Shown here in pieces: positions 7,571 through 12,952 of a stretch of 12,952 nucleotides of DNA. The DNA comes from Calditrichaceae bacterium (GTDB lineage: Bacteria > Calditrichota > Calditrichia > Calditrichales > JBFXGD01). The position numbers and the translations under genes were made by a program. A model generated the notes under the pieces. That model was not told the DNA's origin. It ran no database searches and was given only the letters and a program-made list of their open reading frames with translations. The stretch's first letter is position 1. The number at the start of each line of letters is the position of its first letter. Where the stretch lies: assembly GCA_050178385.1 (NCBI GenBank), contig JBFXGD010000098.1:1-12952 (forward strand), written 5' to 3'.

Positions 7571-8143
7571 ATGACTGATCTGATTCGTTCATTTATTGCG
7601 ATCGAACTGCCCTCAGGGCTGAAATCGCTTATCGATGTTTATTTAAAAGAATTAAAGCGTATCGCTCCCAACGTAAATTGGGTCCGAAGCGAGTCAATGC
7701 ACCTGACGCTGAAATTTTTAGGGAATCTTCAGCCGGATAATGTGAATCAGGTTGTTTTAAATCTTTTTGAAACTGAAAAATTATTTTCACCTTTTAACAT
7801 GAAAATCACAAACTTTGGTTCGTTTCCCAATCGCAAAACCCCGCGGATTATCTGGCTTGGACTGACCGGAGTTCCGCAGGAGTCCCTTCTTTCTCTGCAT
7901 CAGGGAATTGATAATCGGATGTCACTAATTGGTTTTGAAAAAGAACAAAGAGCATTTTCTCCGCATCTTACATTAGGACGCATAAAAGAAAAAATCGATC
8001 CTGTTGCTATCTGGGAGTATCTGGATCTAAATCCGTTTAAAAACTATGACTTTAGAGTCACAGATTTTGTACTGATAAGGAGTCATTTGAAACCGACCGG
8101 AGCCGAATACCGGCCCATGCAAAAATATACTTTGCAAGAATAA
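7571..8143 (+). CDS. thpR: RNA 2',3'-cyclic phosphodiesterase (LigT-like 2H phosphoesterase)
   Basis: RSFIAIELP start, two HxT motifs (MHLTLKFLG, PHLTLGR), PRIIWLG and S.L.PTGAEY. Typical cinA-thpR-recA context. Confidence 0.95.
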   Translation: MTDLIRSFIAIELPSGLKSLIDVYLKELKRIAPNVNWVRSESMHLTLKFLGNLQPDNVNQVVLNLFETEKLFSPFNMKITNFGSFPNRKTPRIIWLGLTGVPQESLLSLHQGIDNRMSLIGFEKEQRAFSPHLTLGRIKEKIDPVAIWEYLDLNPFKNYDFRVTDFVLIRSHLKPTGAEYRPMQKYTLQE

Positions 8144-8188
8144 ATTTATTATATTACTTTATATTTTATATCAAAATCCGGAGAACTG

Positions 8189-9214
8189 ATGGAAATCAAT
8201 CAAGATAAGATGAAAGCTGCAGATATTGCCCTCACACAGATTGAGAGGCAATTCGGTAAAGGATCAATCATGCGTTTGGGAGACCGCGCGAAAGTGAACG
8301 TGGATGTGATACCCACCGGTTCTATTTCTTTAGATGCCGCACTGGGTGTCGGCGGTATGCCCAGAGGACGTATTTCAGAAATTTATGGTCCGGAATCATC
8401 GGGCAAAACAACGCTGGCATTACATATAATCGCGGAAGCTCAGAAAATGGGCGGCCTCGCCGCATTTGTTGATGCCGAGCACGCGCTGGACCCTACCTAT
8501 GCAAAAAAACTCGGAGTCGATACCATCAATTTACTAGTCAGTCAGCCGGATAACGGTGAACAGGCCCTGGAAATTGTCGAAACGCTTGTGAGAAGCGGAG
8601 CGCTGGATATCGTTGTAGTTGATTCTGTCGCGGCGCTTGTCCCAAAGGCTGAAATCGAAGGAGAAATGGGCGATTCACACATGGGATTACAAGCCAGATT
8701 AATGTCGCAGGCATTAAGAAAACTCACGGGTACCGTAAGTAAATCAAACTCCTGCGTAATTTTTATCAATCAGATACGAGAAAAAATTGGCGTCATGTTC
8801 GGTAATCCCGAAACGACTACCGGTGGCAGGGCTCTTAAATTTTATACATCTATCCGTTTAGATATCAGGCGGATCGCGACAATTAAAGAAGCTAATGAAA
8901 TGATTGGAAACAGGACTAAGGTAAAAGTTGTAAAAAACAAACTTGCTCCTCCTTTCCGTGAAGCCGAGTTTGATATCATGTATTCTGAAGGGATATCCAA
9001 AGAGGGAGATATTCTTGACCAGGGTGTAAATCATCAGATCGTCCAAAAATCCGGGACATGGTTTTCTTATAAAGAGACACGTCTGGGACAAGGGCGGGAA
9101 AATGCAAAGCGTTTCCTCAAGGAAAACAAAGAGATTCTTGAAGAAGTCGCGGAACAAGTCCGCGAAAAACTTGGATTCGGCGCGCCATCCGGCGATGATG
9201 ATTCAAATTCTTAG
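8189..9214 (+). CDS. recA: Recombinase RecA
   Basis: [15 protein letters not shown], Walker [40 protein letters not shown] and [17 protein letters not shown]. 341 aa, no intein. Confidence 0.99.
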   Translation: MEINQDKMKAADIALTQIERQFGKGSIMRLGDRAKVNVDVIPTGSISLDAALGVGGMPRGRISEIYGPESSGKTTLALHIIAEAQKMGGLAAFVDAEHALDPTYAKKLGVDTINLLVSQPDNGEQALEIVETLVRSGALDIVVVDSVAALVPKAEIEGEMGDSHMGLQARLMSQALRKLTGTVSKSNSCVIFINQIREKIGVMFGNPETTTGGRALKFYTSIRLDIRRIATIKEANEMIGNRTKVKVVKNKLAPPFREAEFDIMYSEGISKEGDILDQGVNHQIVQKSGTWFSYKETRLGQGRENAKRFLKENKEILEEVAEQVREKLGFGAPSGDDDSNS

Positions 9215-9238
9215 AGAAAATTAACAAAATATTTGACC

Positions 9239-9276
9239 AAACCCTGTATTTTAATCGAATGATGCAGGGTTTTTTT
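9239..9276 (+). terminator. Intrinsic terminator between recA and recX
   Basis: AAACCCTGTAT (9239-9249) pairs with ATGCAGGGTTT (9262-9272, one U-G wobble) and runs into a T7 tract (9270-9276). Confidence 0.8.
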
Positions 9277-9278
9277 GT

Positions 9279-9953
9279 TTGAAAACCGAGGGCATAATCA
9301 TTCGCATCACAAAAATTGAAGTTAACGGAAAGAACAATCGCGTTTATAGTCTCTATTCCGATGATATTTTTCTCTTTGAGATAACCGAGGACACCCTGGT
9401 TCATTTTGGCATCAGCAAGGATAAATCTTACCGGGACGGCGATTTAGAAAAAATATTAAATCATGACCTGGTGACAAGAGGACTGCAGCAGGCATACAGA
9501 TACCTGAGCCGCCGTCCTCATCTCCAATCGGAACTCAGACGAAAACTGCTTCAAAAATCCTACACAAAACCGGTGATTGAAAAAGTGTTAAAAATTCTGA
9601 TGGATAAAAACTATATCAATGATGATGAATTTATACGTCTGTTTTTTAAGGATGAGGTAAACAACAAAAAATCCGGACCGTTACTGATTAAAAAAAAATT
9701 GATTGAAAAAGGCGCTTCTGCCGCAGACGTGGATGAAATTGTTAATCACCTTTACACCGATGAACTTGAGTTTGAAAACGCTTTAGCTGTGATGGAAAAA
9801 AAATCGGCAAAATATTCTGATCCCGATCATCAAAAGGTCAAACAGAAAACAATTCGTTTTCTCCAGCAAAAAGGATTCACCTGGCAGGCAATCGGACATG
9901 CATTACAACACCTTCCGCTACCTGATTCGACAGATGAACAGGATGGTTGTTAG
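9279..9953 (+). CDS. recX: Regulatory protein RecX, long form with N-terminal extension
   Basis: Follows recA. RecX motifs AYRYLSRRPHLQSELRRKL, YINDDEF, GPLLIKKKLIEKG and FLQQKGF. TTG start (exact start uncertain). Confidence 0.92.
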   Translation: MKTEGIIIRITKIEVNGKNNRVYSLYSDDIFLFEITEDTLVHFGISKDKSYRDGDLEKILNHDLVTRGLQQAYRYLSRRPHLQSELRRKLLQKSYTKPVIEKVLKILMDKNYINDDEFIRLFFKDEVNNKKSGPLLIKKKLIEKGASAADVDEIVNHLYTDELEFENALAVMEKKSAKYSDPDHQKVKQKTIRFLQQKGFTWQAIGHALQHLPLPDSTDEQDGC

Positions 9954-10315
9954 TCTTTCTTTTTTCCGAAGATTTTGTTCAGGCGGTCAATCAACAGAGG
10001 AAAAAGAATGGGTTTTTCAAGAAAAATATCTTTATGCTCAACAAGAATGTGATCAAAACCAATGGCATGCGCCGAAACGATCAGAATGGGTATGGATTTG
10101 AAATCCGATTTTTGCAGCCATTCATAAAATCCAAGACCGGATTCACCCGGCAAGCCAACATCCGTGATAATACAATCGATCTTGTTCCCTGCTAATATAT
10201 TTCTGGCTTTACGGGTATCTCTGCAGACCAAAACGCTGAAACCGGCCTTTTCCAGATATATTTTCAGGAGTATGCCTGAATGTGCATCATCATCAATATA
10301 AAGAATTTGTTTCAA
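9950..10315 (-). CDS. Single-domain response regulator (REC/CheY-like)
   Basis: 121 aa with acidic pocket ILYIDDD, phosphoacceptor Asp in IITDVGLPGESG, IPILIVSA and conserved Lys in FLEKP. TTG start. Stop overlaps the recX stop by 4 nt. Confidence 0.9.
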   Translation of the reverse strand: MKQILYIDDDAHSGILLKIYLEKAGFSVLVCRDTRKARNILAGNKIDCIITDVGLPGESGLGFYEWLQKSDFKSIPILIVSAHAIGFDHILVEHKDIFLEKPILFPLLIDRLNKIFGKKKD

Positions 10316-10501
10316 TTTTTTAACCTGAGTTTAATGTGATGAATTCAAAATTAATTGTCCGGTATATTAGACAACGAACAGCAGGTTTTCTTAATTTCAT
10401 TACTCAATATTGAAATAAGTAGGCCTAATGATCCTGTTTTAGACAATAAATGATATTTTTTCACACTTTTTTCTTTAAGCAAAATAGGAATTACCTTATA
10501 T

Positions 10502-10542
10502 TTGAAGCCTTTAATGATAGATTTAGGAATTTAAGGCTTCAA
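10502..10542. repeat. Inverted repeat in the alaS leader/promoter
   Basis: TTGAAGCCTT (10502-10511) and AAGGCTTCAA (10533-10542) are perfect 10-bp arms with a 21-nt spacer, extendable inward by AAT/ATT after one mismatch. Confidence 0.75.
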
Positions 10543-10566
10543 CAGCAGAAATAAAAGAGGAAATAT

Positions 10567-12952
10567 ATGACTTCCAAGGAAATCAGGCAACAGTTTATTG
10601 ACTATTTCGCTGATAAACTTCATACCTTTGTACCAAGCGCGCCGGTAGTGCCTCAGGATGATCCTACCCTATTGTTCACCAACGCCGGTATGAATCAGTT
10701 TAAAGATGTCTTTCTTGACAAAGGCAAAAGAGATTATACCCGCGCGGTCAATTCGCAAAAATGTATCCGCGTAAGCGGCAAGCACAACGATCTTGAAGAA
10801 GTCGGGCATGACACATATCATCATACGTTTTTTGAAATGCTGGGCAACTGGTCATTCGGTGATTACTACAAGAAGGAGGCAATCGAATGGGCCTGGGAAC
10901 TTATGACGGATGTCTGGAAACTGCCAAAGGATCAGCTGTACGCCACTGTATATAAATCAGATGACGAGGCTGAAAACATTTGGAAAGAACACACTGATAT
11001 CGCTGAAAATCGCGTTCTCAGATTTGGAGAAAAAGATAATTTCTGGGAAATGGGTAATACAGGGCCATGCGGTCCCTGCTCAGAGATTCATATCGATCTC
11101 GGACCGGATCAATGCGATAAAAAAGGGGAGGATCACACTTGCGGTGTTAACGGGGATTGCGGGAGGTATATCGAACTTTGGAATCTGGTATTCATACAGT
11201 ACAACCGGGATGAAAAAGGCGATCTTCATCCGCTTCCCAAAAGACATGTGGACACCGGCATGGGGTTTGAACGGATTGTCTCCGTTCTTCAGAACAAGAA
11301 ATCCAATTATGACACTGATCTGTTTACGCCGCTCCTGAAACATATTGGTGAGCTGGTAGACACTAAATATGAAGATTCATCGGAAAAGATGGCTTTCCGT
11401 GTTATTGCCGATCATGTGAGAATGCTGACCTTTTCCATCACTGACGGCGGATTGCCTTCCAATGAAGGTCGCGGTTATGTAATGCGTCGTATTCTCAGAC
11501 GGGCGGCGAGGTACGGCAGAAAGCTGAATATGCGTGATCCGTTCATATATAAACTGGTTCCGACAGTTGTAAAGATTATGGGTGACGCGTTTCCCGAAAT
11601 CAAAGAACGTTCCAAACACGTGGCATCCGTCATAAAAGCGGAAGAAGAGCATTTTAACAGAACACTTGACCGCGGTCTGGAGATTTTTGACCGGATAAAA
11701 GATGATCTGCGGAACAAAAAAGAAATTATCATACCCGGAACTGAAATTTTCAAATTATATGACACCTATGGCTTCCCTGTTGATTTGACAAGGGTTCTGG
11801 CCGATGAAGATAATTTAAGCCTGGATATGCAGGGATTTGAGCAGGAAATGGAAGCACAACGTGAACGTGCGCGCGCCGCGGCAAAATTTGGAGCGGATGA
11901 TATCTCCGATGATGACTGGATGGTATTGAATGAAGGAATGGATTCCAAATTCTACGGGTATACCGATCTGGCGATTGAAACACGAATCATGAGATATCAT
12001 ACCGGTGAAAAAGAAATCCGCCTGATCCTTCGGGAAACGCCTTTTTACGCCGAGTCCGGCGGACAGGTTGGTGATAAGGGGCATATCTCCGGCGAAGGAT
12101 TTGAACTCAAAGTGCTTGATACCCAAAAGGACGGAGACCATATTGTACATTTTTGTCAGCCATTAAAGAATTTTAAACCGGAATCCGATAAGGTGGTGGC
12201 GGAAGTCACTTCATCCGACAGACGAAAAACGATAAAAAATCATACCGCGACTCATCTGATGCACGCCGCTCTGAGAAGTGTGCTCGGCAACCATGTACAT
12301 CAGGCAGGATCCCTTGTTGACCCTGACAGACTTAGATTCGATTTTACTCATTTTGAAAAAATAGAACAAAAACAATTACTGGAAATTGAAAGAATAGTGA
12401 ACGGTAAGATTCAGGAAGACACAACCCTTGAAATCGCACAGGAAAAATATACTGATGCCCAGAAAAAAGGGGCTATGGCCTTGTTTGGCGAAAAATACGG
12501 CGATATCGTCCGGACAGTGAAAATTAGTGATTTTAGCCTGGAATTATGCGGAGGCACTCATGTCCGCAGTACCGGTGAGATCGGAACCTTTATCATTACC
12601 AGCGAGGGCGGAATCGCCTCAGGTGTGCGCCGGATTGAAGCCATAACAGGTGAAAAAGCCGTAGAATATGTTCAAAAGCTCCGTTCAAATATGCAACAGC
12701 TGAATATTTTATTAAACACCAAAGATGAGGAGCTTCCTGAAAAGGTCGCCGGATTGATTGAACAGCGAAAGGCAATAGAGAAAGAATTGGCAAAAGAATC
12801 TAGCGCGAGAATGCTTGCCAATGTGGACAATCTCATTAATGAATCCGAAAAAATAAACGGTATGTCCGTCATTATCCGGGAAATACCCGGCGTTCAGATG
12901 GAGCAGTTAAAGGAACTGGGCGATACAATTCTTGGCAAAACAAAAATGACCG
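10567..12952 (+). CDS. alaS: Alanine--tRNA ligase, 3' end truncated by window edge
   Basis: Not in the ORF track because there is no stop in the window. Hand translation from ATG 10567 (AGAGGA SD): MTSKEIRQQFIDYF...DPTLLFTNAGMNQFK...KHNDLEEVGHDTYHHTFFEMLGNWSFGDY...GPCGPCSEI...VDTGMGFER...LYDTYGFP...TPFYAESGGQVGD...NHTATHLMH...ELCGGTHV. Frame is open to the end. Confidence 0.99.
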   Translation, partial: MTSKEIRQQFIDYFADKLHTFVPSAPVVPQDDPTLLFTNAGMNQFKDVFLDKGKRDYTRAVNSQKCIRVSGKHNDLEEVGHDTYHHTFFEMLGNWSFGDYYKKEAIEWAWELMTDVWKLPKDQLYATVYKSDDEAENIWKEHTDIAENRVLRFGEKDNFWEMGNTGPCGPCSEIHIDLGPDQCDKKGEDHTCGVNGDCGRYIELWNLVFIQYNRDEKGDLHPLPKRHVDTGMGFERIVSVLQNKKSNYDTDLFTPLLKHIGELVDTKYEDSSEKMAFRVIADHVRMLTFSITDGGLPSNEGRGYVMRRILRRAARYGRKLNMRDPFIYKLVPTVVKIMGDAFPEIKERSKHVASVIKAEEEHFNRTLDRGLEIFDRIKDDLRNKKEIIIPGTEIFKLYDTYGFPVDLTRVLADEDNLSLDMQGFEQEMEAQRERARAAAKFGADDISDDDWMVLNEGMDSKFYGYTDLAIETRIMRYHTGEKEIRLILRETPFYAESGGQVGDKGHISGEGFELKVLDTQKDGDHIVHFCQPLKNFKPESDKVVAEVTSSDRRKTIKNHTATHLMHAALRSVLGNHVHQAGSLVDPDRLRFDFTHFEKIEQKQLLEIERIVNGKIQEDTTLEIAQEKYTDAQKKGAMALFGEKYGDIVRTVKISDFSLELCGGTHVRSTGEIGTFIITSEGGIASGVRRIEAITGEKAVEYVQKLRSNMQQLNILLNTKDEELPEKVAGLIEQRKAIEKELAKESSARMLANVDNLINESEKINGMSVIIREIPGVQMEQLKELGDTILGKTKMT

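Noticed and set aside
8189..9214. Intein or intron in recA
   Set aside because: Normal length (341 aa) with continuous motifs.
5304..10195. Small ORFs 5304-5486, 6178-6393, 6751-7002, 8542-8769, 8858-9157, 9117-9404, 9898-10101 and 9947-10195
   Set aside because: They overlap well-supported genes on the opposite strand or in another frame and show no protein-like signature.
10335..10465. Short dyads and repeats in the REC-alaS intergenic region (TTGTC-N10-GACAA, TCAATATTGA, TTAGACAA twice, TGA-N7-TCACA)
   Set aside because: Short and AT-rich with non-canonical spacing, so not distinguishable from chance without comparative data.
10910..12872. All track ORFs in this interval
   Set aside because: All lie inside alaS, which the track missed because it has no stop in the window.

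Overview
Housekeeping region of a moderately AT-rich bacterium. The AlaRS signature and Nqr subunit style suggest the FCB group, possibly Calditrichota-like (inference only). The left half is a minus-strand Na+-translocating NADH:quinone reductase operon, nqrA-B-C-D-E-F; nqrF runs off the left edge and is missing from the ORF track. After a 332-nt divergent AT-rich intergenic region comes the plus-strand cluster pgsA-pgpA-cinA-thpR-recA-recX, then an antisense orphan single-domain response regulator, then alaS (runs off the right edge, also missing from the track). The main anomaly is nqrC. Its frame continues to 1402 and includes the FMN-attachment motif DGISGAT, but it is interrupted by two adjacent in-frame stops (TAG-TGA, 1618-1623) inside an imperfect inverted repeat and followed by a possible hairpin. 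This could be a local assembly error, a recent complex mutation, or less likely a recoding site. No mobile elements, CRISPR arrays or RNA genes were seen.
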